Notes: generated from the sequence alone by a model not told the origin. Positions 39,208 through 52,979 are shown, counted from the first letter of the whole stretch. The stretch is DNA of 63,569 nucleotides, filler included, from Phoronis australis (GCA_002633005.1; 4 parts of 4 records of this genome joined end to end with filler, not necessarily neighbours in it), one strand, 5' to 3'. Numbers and translations are program-made.

Positions 39208-40250
39208 ATGATGACTTGAGCACCCAAACTGCTTACATCCCGCAGTGTGACTCCCTCGTCACACACGTGACACCTTCTAAATAGCTCCAATACAAGTCCA
39301 CAAGAAAACTTATCAAACTTAGGCTTACCGATCTGTTCATTGGATGACGAACTGACCTTTTCACTGGGTGTCAAACTGGGCCTGTATTCACTCCCACTAC
39401 TCAACATCGCTGCAGGGCTGCTTACAGGCTCTGGGCTAGAGACAACAGCACGCGGGGAATCACTACTAGTTCCTGGAATTGCACGCTATGGGATAAGTTC
39501 GGAGGCATGGTTGACAGTAGATGAAGTGCCTCCAGTCACTGTATATACATGTAGTGGCCACAGCTCGCGAAGCTTCTCGCTTCAAAAACGCACTTCTCGG
39601 GGGTGGCGACGGGGCACTGCCGGGAATCAACAGCGACGGTATGGAACCGTTCTTCAGGCGTTGTTTCACAGGGACCTTCATCAATTCAGCGTACATATCT
39701 CTGTCGTAATCTGACGGCTGAAAATGCTTGCCACTGCTTTGTACGTTGCGTGAACGGGAAGCGCTGCGTTCTTCACATGAGCGAACTAGCCAAGTACGGC
39801 GATGTGTCATCCTTCGGAAAGCGATACAAAGGTACTCCCAAAGCGCGCGTGAGACGATGATGAGTACTTCCTGGTACGCTGCAACAGTGTGGCATGTTGA
39901 CTGACTCGTAAACAAAAGCAAACGACGACCGGACTTATCACAACAGAGGTAGAACAATGACTGACTCGACTGCTCTCACAGTCAGACTGTATGAAAACAA
40001 ATTGGCCCGAAATTCTTGCCTCCCAAAACGTCACTTCCGGAGTAGAGCACGAGAAATTAATTAAATTAAGAAAAGTTGTAATTAAGTGAAAAATATGTCT
40101 GGGATAATCAACAGACCTTGTTTTTGCTAAAAGTGAAATGAAAAAAGGTTGCCTTCGCCTTTAAAGAACAAGATTGGTATGCTCGCATGTTAAAAGAGTC
40201 CATAAACATCAACACTCAGCACCCTCTCTTGAACGGGACCAAGGTATCCA
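38650..40250 (+). mobile_element. Penelope-like GIY-YIG endonuclease remnant split by the Kolobok-like insertion
   Basis: Left part reads CDQDPIHTHIGETKRPFLTRF.EHKK...TAVGEH...TGHSISLASSKILD; right part after 40164 reads EQDWYARMLKESINI. A second copy of the left part lies at 37665-37849. Confidence 0.75.
38840..40160 (-). mobile_element. Kolobok-like non-autonomous DNA transposon with ~310-bp TIRs and a THAP remnant
   Basis: Imperfect inverted repeats 38840-39152 and 39848-40160 with AGG...CCT termini. TTAA flanks the right end; the left has TTGA (TTAA in the duplicate copy at 37850). Internal frameshifted THAP (MPHCCSVPG...LYRFPKD / W..GKHF..RLKNGSIPSL) and LELFRRCHVC...HWKCVAGHSGKWDSS. 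Confidence 0.8.
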
Positions 40251-40839
40251 CTGTACATGTACATGTACCTCCTGTGTATTCGAATATTAACAAGCGGAAG
40301 GCGGGAAACTCCTCACTCATTGATAAAGACTTGGCGGACCAGGTTGAAACGTCTGCACCCAATCTACAACGTCTCAAAGCAAGCATCTTATACTGCAAGA
40401 GTAAAACTCTAGAATGCCATTGCCAACATGAGGACACCAACGACTCCGCGTGTGATTATGATTAAGAACGGTGGCGTGTTACCGGCGGTGGTTGTAATGT
40501 TTGTGATGATGAGCAAGGTACTGCACCTTGCGGCAATTGAAATTAATGCAGTAAAGGAGATCATGGTCCTATATCCATACTCTGTACTCCGAAAAACAAA
40601 CTCCGTATACTCCAAAACTCTGATAAAGGCGTGACCACTTACTATGTGTCTGTTTGACAGTAAAACTACAGTAATTGACGAGCAAATTGGATATTATCTG
40701 ATTTAGGCTTTCAACCCACTTGTGATCACGACCTCCANNNNNNNNNNNNNNNNNNNNNNNNNNNNNNNNNNNNNNNNNNNNTTAATTAATTAANNNNNNN
40801 NNNNNNNNNNNNNNNNNNNNNNNNNNNNNNNNNNNNNCT

Positions 40840-41800
40840 TATGGACTTCGTCCTAGACCTTTTCGCAATGCCTCCTACCAAAGACTTAGCAGGTGCTCGT
40901 GGACTGTCGCTGCTGTTAACGCAACCATGGGTCTCATCGGCGAACACATGATCGCGCAAGATGCTGCTTGGCTGCCAGTACAAGAACTTGGTGAGGAACC
41001 GAATGTCATTATTGCGTTCAACAGGGAAGCTCGGGAATGGCCTCCAGGAATAGCCCAAGCATTGTGCCGTCAGCAATGGCGTGATCTTGGCGGTATTAAT
41101 GCCATCATTGTAGCAACTGATGGATCCTTCGATGGTGAAACTAATCGTGCGGGATGGGGTTATCAAATACGCTGTGCTAACAACGTCATTGCGGAAGGTA
41201 GTGGCTGCCACCAGGTATACACAAGCAGTACGCGGATGGAGTTTGAGGCTATACAACGTGCCCTAATCAAGCTGTCACTCTTAGACCTGGAGAATCACAC
41301 CATTATCTTTGCCACCGATTCCATGGCAGTGTTGATGAAAGTTCAATCTGGAAACCTCCCAGCCAACTGGGGTGTCTTCCGATCACGCCACCCTCATCAT
41401 GTGGTGATCTGGTCTTTCGTACCTGGCCACGCCGGTGTCCTGATTAATGAGCGTGCAGATTACCTCGCTGGCTCATGCACCACCAACCAACCCCTCTACT
41501 TATATTCGGCTGACGTTAAGCTGCTGGCCCGCAAACACAACCTCGAGCAGACTGCATCCCAACTGGCGGAGTTCAATGATGGCAGCCGACTGCTCGAAGC
41601 CGGTATCATTTATGGCCATGCTGCGAAGAGTCACAAGAAGAGCCGTGCCCGAGTGTTGTCAAATCAAATGCTTACAGGCAACGTCAGCCCTGGAGTTCTG
41701 CGCCTTCTGCTGTCACGGGGATGGTCTGGGGAGGGGAATAGTGCATCAGCATATCCCCAATGATCCTGTCCGTGACAGGTATTACAGGTAGGTATTACGT
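40840..41800 (+). mobile_element. 3' end of a non-LTR retrotransposon ORF2 carrying an RNase H domain
   Basis: Frame is open from the gap edge (40840) to 41763. RNase HI motifs ATDGS, STRMEFEAI, ATDS and WSFVPGHAGVLINERADYLA have the acidic residues intact; a short repetitive tail (caggtattacaggtaggtattac) follows. Confidence 0.85.
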
Positions 41801-44800
41801 ACATCTTGGCGAAGAAAGTTTTGAAAACAGTTTGTTATGGTTAAAACAATTGATTTTCATGTATAAAGGAAATGTAATTTTCGCGAAAAATACTCAGTCA
41901 ATGACGTGATTCCAAACTCGGAATGGGCTTAAGACTGTCAGGAATTCCCGTAAACTGCCCCCAAAGTTTTAGGGTTTTCCTGAATGAACAGTGTCACTCA
42001 ATGCTAAAGAAAGAGTTTTGAGAAAAAAAGGCACACCAACTGATGGTTACTGGAGATTTCTAGGAGTCTGTGGTTAAGACGTCAAGAGAATAATAGATGA
42101 GATTCAGTTTCCAGAACAAGAAAAATGGTATCAGGACTGTATTATATGAATTCAAGGCAATACTTCGTCTGGGTTGCACCATAGATTAAAGTACATCAAA
42201 TGTGCACATTCAGCCATTCAAAATGACCCTTAAACCCGATATTACGCACCAAACGCGACCCAAAATCTTGGCCGAGAATCAGTATTCATTAGCGGAGCCT
42301 AGTGTAACGGTTACGGTGCTTGTTCCGGGAAATAGGGGACCAACCACGGTTCAGCCCCCCCCCCCCCAATGAAAAAAGGGGAGGGTCGGGTTTGACGGCA
42401 GTTTTCCCGGTGATTGCAACGAATGATGTTCAGTACTTCCTTGAAGTTGTGAATTGAGTTCACTGGTCTTCTGCCGCCAGTTTTAAAACACATGTACTTG
42501 TTGAGTCTCGAAATTTTGGCGCGAATCCAGGTAGGCCTACCATTCAGACAAGTGGAAATATTCAAAACTCTGGTTGTCATTGTCTTATTTTAACCTCAAT
42601 TTCTGTAATCTAAAGCGAAAGAGCCGGTAATGGTCTCCTTTTTTCACCGGGCAATCGTGAATTAATGATTTTAGGTGAAAATGGCTTAGTTCATGTGACA
42701 TTACTGACAGTAAAAAAAAAAAAATAAATGGATAAGCAATTTAAAATATCACAAACACGGGAACAATTTACACAATCTTGGCACTGAAATGTACTCCCGG
42801 GATTCACGGCCCATAACATAGCAAAGAAATGAGGAATAGTAAAATAATTTACAAAATATTTTCAAAAGTATGAAAGTATGGTGTAATATATAAAACACCA
42901 CTACACGAATGGTCTTGACAAATTTATCTACACAGAGCACATTTGCATCTGTCCCCGTCCGTCGTCCCGCCAAGATCCTGGCTGTCTGCGAAGCTCAGTC
43001 CATACCCCATATCGTGCTACTGTTGTACTCGCTAGTGCAAAATATAACCCTGCTATAACGTGGCCAAGAAGGCTTTTTGAAATCCTGTCCGTCTCGATGT
43101 GAAGCTGTGTTTGCCTCCATGGAGCATCAAGAAAGGAGTGACCCCCCGGGCAGATGTTTAATTTCAAAAGACTGTCGTTCAGATGAAAATATAAAACTGC
43201 GCCATCTGTCGACTACGCTAAACACTAAGCGGTAAATAAAAGCCGTGCGTTCCTCGTGAGCTGTCTGATTTGTGTCGATCCTGAGTCGAGGGTACACAGG
43301 TCGAGTTCCTAGGTAAGTAAACCTGTAGGGGTATCAGCCAATGTACCGTATGTTCTGGAATCTTTTTTGTATTATGTTTTGTTAGTCATTCTTACTGAGA
43401 GCCTTCTTCTGGTTAGATGATGTAACAGGTCCGACTTCCGTTTCGACCAGGTTTTCTGTGTCACCGATTATTCAGTTATTTCCAGGTTGTACTTTGGTTG
43501 CCACATAGTACACGTTTCAGTAAAGCAGTATCAGTGATTAAGCAGTGGATTTGTAATGATTAATTAATTTTGTTAGGTTTTGTTTATTACTACAGTTGTC
43601 GGCTTTGGCTGCTTCGCTATATACAGTTATTTACATAATCCATTGACATTGTCATGATCCAATAACGTTAGGGAGGGACCAGCCGCTAGGAACCAATATT
43701 TCTACCTTCAAGTGACCGTCTGTCATAGGCAACTCGATGCCTGGTTGTTATGCATTTTTTATACAAAGAATTCATGGCGGAATTGCTTGTTTAGTCAATT
43801 AGAGCCTATTCTTTCAAACTTGGCGAAAGGTATCACTTAATGTTATCAAACTCTTATAACAACATGCGTGCACCCAGCCTAAAATATAAGGGGGCTCGAA
43901 TTTTTCGGTATGCGGACATTTTACTGAAAAAAATCAATGTGGAATTAAAAAAAAAGACGGGGCCACTAGGTCTACGGATTGTGGGCTTAGTGGACTTTTG
44001 TCTCCTTTACTCGGGCTTTATCTTTCGCTGAGGCGGAACTTTTTGCCCAATTCGCCAAATTGGGGGGGGGGGCTCATTCGCGCCCATGTACAGTAATTCT
44101 CCACGGCACTGGTCAGATATTATATCGCTATATTAATAGCGGTCCCTGATTTATAAACCAGACAATCACTGAATAACAAGTCGTTATTTATATCCGACCA
44201 GTGCCATTCTCCACTGACTTAATCATACTCCCGTTATGTCGCTCACACAAAATCATTTGGAAATGGAATATTTTGTACCTCATGTATTTCGCATGAGACT
44301 ACACAGCAGTAATTCCTTTCCTCACCTATAAGTCGCACATGGTCAGTTTTGTAGGCAAAGCACGTTTTTTTTAACTCTGTTAATAAGATCTGAGCACTGT
44401 ATATTCATCACTTCATTCATCCATTCATATGGAATGCTCAGTTTAAAGCATGAGGTGAAAGGGTGACCCAGGTGAGTGTAGTGTGACCCAGAGTCATTTA
44501 CTCAGTAGAACATTTTCAACCAAAACGGTGTAAAGTGTATTTATATTAGAGCAGTATAAAGTAACTTACATACTGCAAGCCCAATCAGGTTGGACACACA
44601 CAGAATGCATTTCATTAAATCCACACATGGGCTGTTGGTTTGCTTAATGGCTATTCCTCTAAATTCACGCACCTGTCAACCAAAACGTCTGTATATTCAT
44701 CTTATTTCACACACCCTGACTATCAGATTATTTAATTATTTTGTGCGAAATAAGTGGAGAAACACCATATCTTCAGTTTTTCATTATGCCTTTTACGATG

Positions 44801-47800
44801 CGGAAAGTGAGGTACGCCCTCTCTAGTACGGTCAGCTCGACAAGTCTTGGGTCACAACAGTAGTATTTGGCCACTCTGAATGATTTTCGTATATCAAGAA
44901 AGATTTTCTGCCACTGATTTGAATATGTTGCGGCACATGACTTCCAGGTGTGATGTACAGTCGATTAAAACCTCTCCAATTGCTGATTGGTTTGGACACG
45001 TGTCTGGCACTGATCCTGGGTTCAAGTCTTGGTAGTGGTGCATTTTCTAAACCTGGTTTTGGCTCATTTTGAAACAGAATCAACAACTATTTTTCCATCC
45101 AGCTCTTTAAAATGAAATAATGCTCTGAAACCCTCATCAACCCTTAAAAGTTTGAAACAAAGTTTGAAAGCTCTTGGCTTAAGGCAAATTACAGAAAAGT
45201 GAAGGGAAAGACCACCCACCAAGAACCATAATATCCATTCTGTGACACAATTTGTGGTTAGTTGAATCCTGAAATGGCCAAAACATGGTTTAGTGTTTTT
45301 TTAACAAGTCTTAATCTTTTTGTGTGGGCGACACTTAAAGTGGAACTTGCACGCTAATTCCTTATCTCTGTGATTGCTTGCCACGATGTGAACATGAAGT
45401 AGGTTGAAAATTGCCAAATGTTTTTAAGAATGAGTTTTGTGTCGAAAATGATCTGCCGTAAATCATCCAGTAAAGATCGTGACGTGGTGTTGGGGAGTAG
45501 CACTGCATGATGCGGGCTATGTGAGCCCCAAGGTACGTCATTAGTGCAAAGGTCACGTATTGGCAGAATAGTTTGTTTTCACCTTTACAAGTTGTCAATG
45601 AATACAACTGCACTTTGTTTAGCATAGATGGTGTTCAAACAGCATTGTCATTTAGATCCTATAGAATAGTTAGAAGTATGCAAATACATGTAAGTGTAAT
45701 ATAATCGTTATACTGGTAGTTCAAATCAACAGTCAACGTATCCGTGGTTTTGTGGTTTTAGCCGCGAGTCCTTATTGCTTTCCGATTCACCCCAACAACA
45801 ATTAGTACCTCAGTGCACCATTGTCTCATAAGAGATTTGACGGAAATGCCACCTACAGAGTTATAACTCTTACAACTCCTATGATCACACCGAGTTTAAC
45901 GGTTTTAATTTCTCGCTAGACCACCCTCTTCGAGAGGCATCAAGGGTTAACACAAAATGAATTTACCGACTGGCAAAAAATTACTTAATTGACCTTAATT
46001 GTGATTGTTCGAGTTGGTGGATTAAATGAGGGTGATCAAATTGCAAAAATTGGAAAAGAGCAGATGTTAACGAAAATTACTAAAATAATGCAAAACTTAG
46101 CAGATCTATGGGCTTTCTTGACCGTGGAAAAATTGGCACTCCCTCGCCACCGGTTTTTCTTCAAAATGCCATAGAAGTTGATTAATGAAACATGGAATAA
46201 AATCGCTAAGTTTTTTATCTTCAACGTCAAGTCTTCAGTTTGTGGTATACTTGCTGACAAGCTGAAGTCTACTGCACATGTAGACTGCCATTTTATGTAC
46301 TGATCGGAGACATGTGCGATACACAGTCCCCAGTGTATTGAGCCAAACAATATGTCTGGACAATGCTTAGAATTGAACTCTGGTCTTGGAAGTGGCACTC
46401 AGCCATAGAGGCTTGTCAGAATCTACTTCAGATTCTCAAAAATAACTATGTTTGTGTTGCCTCGAGTTTTCTATCATAGTGCGGTCCACCCATTCTTTTT
46501 ATGTTTTATTCTTTGATCCAGGCTAGTCTTTTTTGATGATCATTTTTTATAGTGGTAAGCAGTTTAATTCAAACGTTAATTTCTTTGACAGACATGCATT
46601 TAATGCCGATTTAATTAAGTAAATTGACTTGAATTGCATTGGGAGGAATCTGTTATTGCACTTTAGGACAAACTTACATAACATTTTTTAGTCATCAACT
46701 AATGAACCATTAGATAATCACCATGTGGCGCTTATGACGAAAGGTCCCCTTTGTTGAAATCTTTTAATTGACTAAATTCACAGCAGAAAACATTTCATCA
46801 GCACGGGGCATTCATGGCATGCTTTGGTCAGTAGTTTGACGACATGAATGCATTCAACATTCGTTGTTACATTAGCGCCATCTAGTGACTTCCATGTCTG
46901 CCATTAGATTCAATATAACCGATTATAATTGAAAATTTGCATTCATTTCTTCGTTATGTAAGTGTATTCTGGATCTTGTTTACACATTATACATTTTTGG
47001 ACATTAACAAATGTTGGCTACTCTTGCTATTTACACAAATGATTCTGTCCCTGCACTAAGATGTTTGGTGTACAAATTTACGTTGTGATACTCCGAAGAA
47101 GTCGCTGACCAGCTACGAAAAATCTGTTACATAATGCGTGTTGTCGGATTACTCAGCTTTTTATTATAACTTAAATAATAAATGTACGTACAAAGCATAA
47201 GAACTAATTCACTGCCAATTTGTTTGCAATTGTACATCTGCTTGGAAAGTACAATGGAAGACAATGATATTCACTAGGTGGCGCTACTAAAGATGGGACA
47301 CTCCTGCTGTCTGAATACTGTGAGAACTGAAAGCTGTTCAGTAGCCACCAAGCCTTCATGAAATTAGTGTTGCATATGACTACCTAATTTTACGCAATGG
47401 TTCACTAGCGCCACCTTTTGATACTTCACACAATTAGATAAAATCGGAACGAAAGCGACCTATCGTGCATTCAAACCAGTGAAATTTTGTTTTTCATTTT
47501 TACACTAAATATCAGTGTCACTACTTTATCATAGCTACCAGATATTGTTAAAAGTAATTGTGATAAACAAAAAATCAACGTTGGCAGGTCCTTTTGTCTG
47601 AAATTGGTGGAATTTCACCCTATTCTCCATTTTTCTTTCATAAAATTTATAGCTGATCACAGCTCTTAAACGAATATTTCAGAAAATATGTTTCAAGATC
47701 GCCATCATATTTGGACATTAAAATTTCACTATATAATATCTTGATCTATGAGTTTTTGGCAGAGTTTCACTGTCATAGATTTTACTGTTGATTAAAAAAA

Positions 47801-50800
47801 GTTTTGAAATGTCCATTGGAAAAAGGAGATGTCATTACAGAGGAACTAATTTACCATTTGAGTTGTTGTCTTGCCAAAAATGTGATTGGCCTTAAAATAT
47901 CATTTAAAATCTGTTCATCTCTACAAGAAGGCAATATCATGAGTTCATGGTTTTCATGCATTGGTTAAGATTTTTCGTACACTGAAATTTTTTAGCACTG
48001 TGTTTGTATCTTCACACTTATATACAGTTTTATGATTTTACAGTTTTTGACTGAATTTACTAAAAATAGATTTAGCTCCGACAATCTAGTTCTTATGTCT
48101 GAAGTTAAGCTTTGGTTAACAAACATTGAAGTTACTGCTAGATGGCGCTATCGCCATTGAAGTACTGGGGTTGTATGACCTTCATCATTGTCACAGCAGT
48201 CCTTGTGATATCTTCAATGGACACCCAAGTTCAGCTTTCCCACAGCAGTGACATGTTGATGACACATCAACATATTTACTGCAAAGTTAACTTCAATCCA
48301 TGACTGAGTGAAAACATTCCCATCAAAGCATTGGCATTGGTGCGAAAGGCCTTAAAGGAAAAATTCATTGTTTGATTTCATGGAGTCTTTCATCAAAATA
48401 TTTGGAGTATATATCTTCTTCGAAACCTTACATTACTTTAAATAGAAATTGATTACTGATGAATGTCCATTCCAAGGCCAACTTCAAAAAGCTTCTCATT
48501 TAAATCTTTCTAATGATACTCCAGCTAATTCTCCTAAACTTGAGCATGCTTGACTCATCTTTATGGTATGTTACCTTATTTGCTATTTTTCTCCAAGTTT
48601 GGAGTTTCTTACTCTTTTGCTAGCTAGCCATTGCTTGATTATCTTGAGAAAGACTCGTCTGCTGATTAGTGACATAAATCAGGATCCAGAGTGTAATCTT
48701 TCTCAAAGTAATTTTGGATGGTATCTCTACTTATTTCGCACTAAAATAATTGCCAAAATAGTCATTTTTCCTTTTTTCAACGGCTGGTTACATTTTTGCA
48801 AATAATGGGAGCTTCATCAAATGTTGTTTATGACATCTTCACAATGCAATCTACTCTAATACACTAAAATGATCTTAATCTAAAGATTCTTTATTTTTGT
48901 GGTGAAATTTAACATGATGCAATTTCACATGTCGGCCATGTTGTTTGCTAAATTAGTGAAGAATTATGATAACCCTTACGACTATTGTGCAACTGGTAAT
49001 TCAAGATAAGTGTCTGTTTTTCTCTGCTAGAGTATGTTATAGTTAACGTATGCTGTTGAGCAGCTAGTCCAAGTTTGCACTTGATGACCCCTAGATTCAA
49101 GCAACAAACTTGTAATTGAGTAAAACCTGAGATTTCTTGTTCAGTCTTGGCCTTATAGCGTTAATGCTGGGGTCGTCAAGTGCAAGCCAACATATACAGT
49201 CTGATACATAAATCATGGTGTATGTGAGTTGAAAAATGGCAAAAATAAAATCTTCAAGTTCAATTTTGAGTACAAAGATGAGACCTCGGGCTTTGGCGTG
49301 TTAAAAAATATTGCAATGAGATATTGCTAATGAGAAGCATAATTCAAGCTGGCTTACTTTAGAGAATTCCCTCTGCAAGCATTAGGGTGGTTTTCTTACA
49401 GGTCAGTGATCAAAATGTATTCGCTCCTGACCACAGTCAGGTAGGCCACTCAATTAAAAGCATCCTAAAATAAAGACCACATTGCTAACAAGGTTTTCTG
49501 AGCTTAATGTGCAACCTTGAATGCAAGGATCCTTCAAGCCTGAGGAGTTTTGTGGGGGTAATAGTTATGCACCTTGACAATTGCTGTATATACCAAGCCC
49601 TGTTCCTGGTTCAACACTAGAACTATTTGAGCTGTGGTAATGCAGTGGTTCAGCTCATCAGTTTTAATGAAATCTATGTAGAGACTGTCATAACTATCGA
49701 CATTTTTAGAGATTACTAAATGTTTGCTGAAATCTCACCAGTTTTAGATACAATTATCAGAACTGGTGTCTTAAACATGTGGTGAATGTATATGTAACTT
49801 ATTCAAAACATTATCTGGTGATAGCTTAGGTAGATTTTGAAAGTTAAAATGTTCTTTTATCACAGAGAAAATTCTTTTATATGCCATACAAACCTCACCC
49901 CATTCAAACCATTTCCAAAAGTGTTAATTTCACCTCCCNCCCCCACCGCTTTGTGGACTTCCAAAGATGTGTAAGTAAAGAAGATGGATAGGAACCAATA
50001 CAGTATACATTCGCTGACCTAGTTAAATAAACATGGCTTCCAGTTGCTCAAGACAATGTTCCAGATTGGCAGCATCTGATTAACAGATCCCATATTATAC
50101 ATATGTATTTACCCACAATGCCATAAGCATCCGTCAGGCCTATTCGCTGTCTCAGTTTTTGTGCCATTGGAGTTCCGGTCATGTTCTTTGTTGTCTGATT
50201 CTTTGCAAGTTTTTCTCAGTGAGTGGCATTACTCTATTTGTCCTTCCAATGCTAAGGCAGTATTAGTGCTGTGCTGTGGCTGCAACTCTGACATTAGAAT
50301 GTTTGATAAACTGGACAAATACCTATGAATGCGCGATGTGAAGTTCTTCGCGTTTCTGATGTCAATGAGAGACCAGAAAATGCTAAGTGAGTGAGTAACA
50401 TAAGTTCGTCAGGCTAATTTCAAACCGAACAGAATTTCCCTTTCTTGAAGGTACCTGTTCAATCGCTGTACTAATGAATAGTCTGACATCCAAAACTAGA
50501 TCGCACGCTTTCTCATCTCTGGGACAAAGGATTGAGAGTGCTGATTGCTGTGTAATCCGGAATGGCCCTATTGAGCCAGCAGTTACTTTCCTGGCTGTTC
50601 TTTGGCCAGGCAAGTGCCAGAAACACCAGTACCCCTCCTTGTAGGGACCACTCTTTGTGTCTTCTTTGTGAACCAAGTAATCATCGCACACTTGTGTACT
50701 TGTGAATTCCATTCAATAGTAACATAACTTTTTTGCAAAATGAAACTTAAATGAAAAGATTGCTTTACTTTTGTCACTAAGAATCCATAGAAAACCAACC

Positions 50801-51119
50801 CCAGTGGTGGTTTGAATGATCATTTCTGAGTAGATGGTTTCTATACCTTGAAACATTAAAAAAGTCTATGGTATAGGACTGAGCTACTATGGGAGATGTA
50901 CCCATGTATCTGGCAACACCCGTTACAGTTTCGGACAAAATTTAATTGCCTAAAATTGTCTCATTTCAGTTTTAAAAAGGCTTAGAACAGTTTTGTGATT
51001 AGTATAGAACTTTAAAATGACAGAGCTATTATTTGGCATCACAAGCATTTTAAGAAAAAAGGGAAAAAAACTTTCAATTGGCCACCATATTGTATCTTGA
51101 GTTGGTGCAGGTAATTGCC

Positions 51120-51542
51120 AAGTAATGCCAGCCATGGTTTCACACAGTGATGCTAGCCAGAGTCTCATACAGTAATGCCAGCCAAGGTCTCACATAGTAA
51201 TGCCAGCCAGGGTCTCACATAGTAATGCCAGCCAGGGTCTCGCACAATAATGCTAGCCAGTGTCTCGCACAGTAATGCCAGCCAGGGTCTCACATATTAA
51301 TGCCAACCANNNNNNNNNNNNNNNNNNNNNNNNNNNNNNNNNNNNNNNNNNNNNNNNNNNNNNNNNNNNNNNNNNNNNNNNNNNNNNNNNNNNNNNNNNN
51401 NNNNNCCAGGGTCTCACTGTAATGCCAACCAGGGTCTCGCATAGTAATGCCAACCAGGGTCTCACATAGTAATGCCAACCAGGGTCTCACATAGTAATGC
51501 CAGCCAGGGTCTCACATAGTAATGCCAGCCCGGGTCTCGCAC
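51120..51542. repeat. 25-bp minisatellite (CTCACATAGTAATGCCAGCCAGGGT)n spanning a gap
   Basis: Directly visible tandem copies on both sides of the N run at 51310-51405. Confidence 0.95.
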
Positions 51543-52979
51543 CGGCAAAAAAAGTAAAAGTTGGTTTTGGTCTACAAACTCTTATTTTCAAGAAAACAGA
51601 CCAGAACCAATTTTGCTAGAACGAATTTTCTTAAATAATTAATAATAGACCAACACAGTGGTGATCACAGATTAATCTTATTATGTACACAGAAGCAATT
51701 TTGATACGTTGGTAATTACACGATTGCATTGTTTCTCAAAAAAAATGTGATATTTCACATAGGTTGCCATATTTCACACAAACATTTTTCTGTGCAATAC
51801 TTGTAAATTCTTTTTCCGTATTTTATTAGCTACAAAACTATGTCATGATCTCCTCTTAGTTAAAGTCCTATTAGCATAAGAGCTCAGCTGTCAAATAATT
51901 AGTCTTTTATTTTTTGACAGTGGAGTTTTTGGGCTAGAAGTCCGTAATGAGAAATTTCAGACATGCTTTCGTAGTTACTCGAGTTAAAAAAATTATAAAT
52001 CTCAACGGTTTCCATGAGAATAGAACTATCACATGATACCAAACCTCTGGAGGTTAGTTAGAGCAAATGATAAAGAGTTTGTGATTGTCAAGGATTTTAG
52101 ATATTTCATGGGTCTACAGTTTATACTTGAACAGTTAATTTGGTCATTGGTACTGAAGTTCTCCCGGTTACCTGACACACCCTCCTACCTACCTTGCTGT
52201 GGTGGTGTTGAAATTGTCCAGACCTCCCTAGGAATTGCCCACACAAATTTAAAGCTAAAAATTTTAAAAATGCTCAAATTTTCCGCACTAAATTTATAAG
52301 GACACCCATGAACCCGAAACTTTACATAATTTAATCTGTTGCTTAGGTGTTAATTGATAACCGGTATTAAAAGAAATTTCCATCAGTGGAGTTGATTGCA
52401 GTGCACTGTCTTTTTCATTTATATTTATAGGTTATAAACTCCATATTCAACTTACTAGAGGTTTATGAAAAAATTATTTAGTTTTACGAAATGTATCGAA
52501 TATCAGCAAACCTGTTCTAGGTCTCGGGCATCCCTATCTCCCCCTGTCCCTTGGATAATTCTCCGCTCTGGACTTCATGCTACTCTGCTCAATAATAAAT
52601 CTGGAATAACAAATAATTTGCGGACATGAAAGCAATGAAGCTATGGAGCGGATCAATTAAAGCTTTTGGCTTCAAAATATCTCTTGAAGAATCCCAATTT
52701 TTGAGGTCACCCTCTATACTGTTCCCTTGAGAGATGTGATATGTATGTCCTGTAATAAAAGTAGAAGATATATCTGGAAGATAGTATGTCCAAAACTATT
52801 TATGACCTTGAACTTTTCTCCCATTATGTAACAGTGGCTATTGTCAATGAACCTAGTGTTCAACTGAACAGTGTAGGCTCAAGTCTGCTGAATGCATTCT
52901 CTCATTCCTTGGGACATTAAAATGAAGCACATTTATCATTTTGTCACATATTTGGAATGTTTAAATACAGACAGAATGT

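Noticed and set aside
44343-44411. C/D snoRNA candidates on the minus strand (GTGATGA...CTGA; similar start at ~61146)
   Set aside because: No convincing terminal stem here and no rRNA-complementary guide I could identify; needs snoscan or Infernal.
51120-51542. 25-bp repeats as a CRISPR array
   Set aside because: The units are head-to-tail with no unique spacers, there are no cas genes, and the context is eukaryotic.
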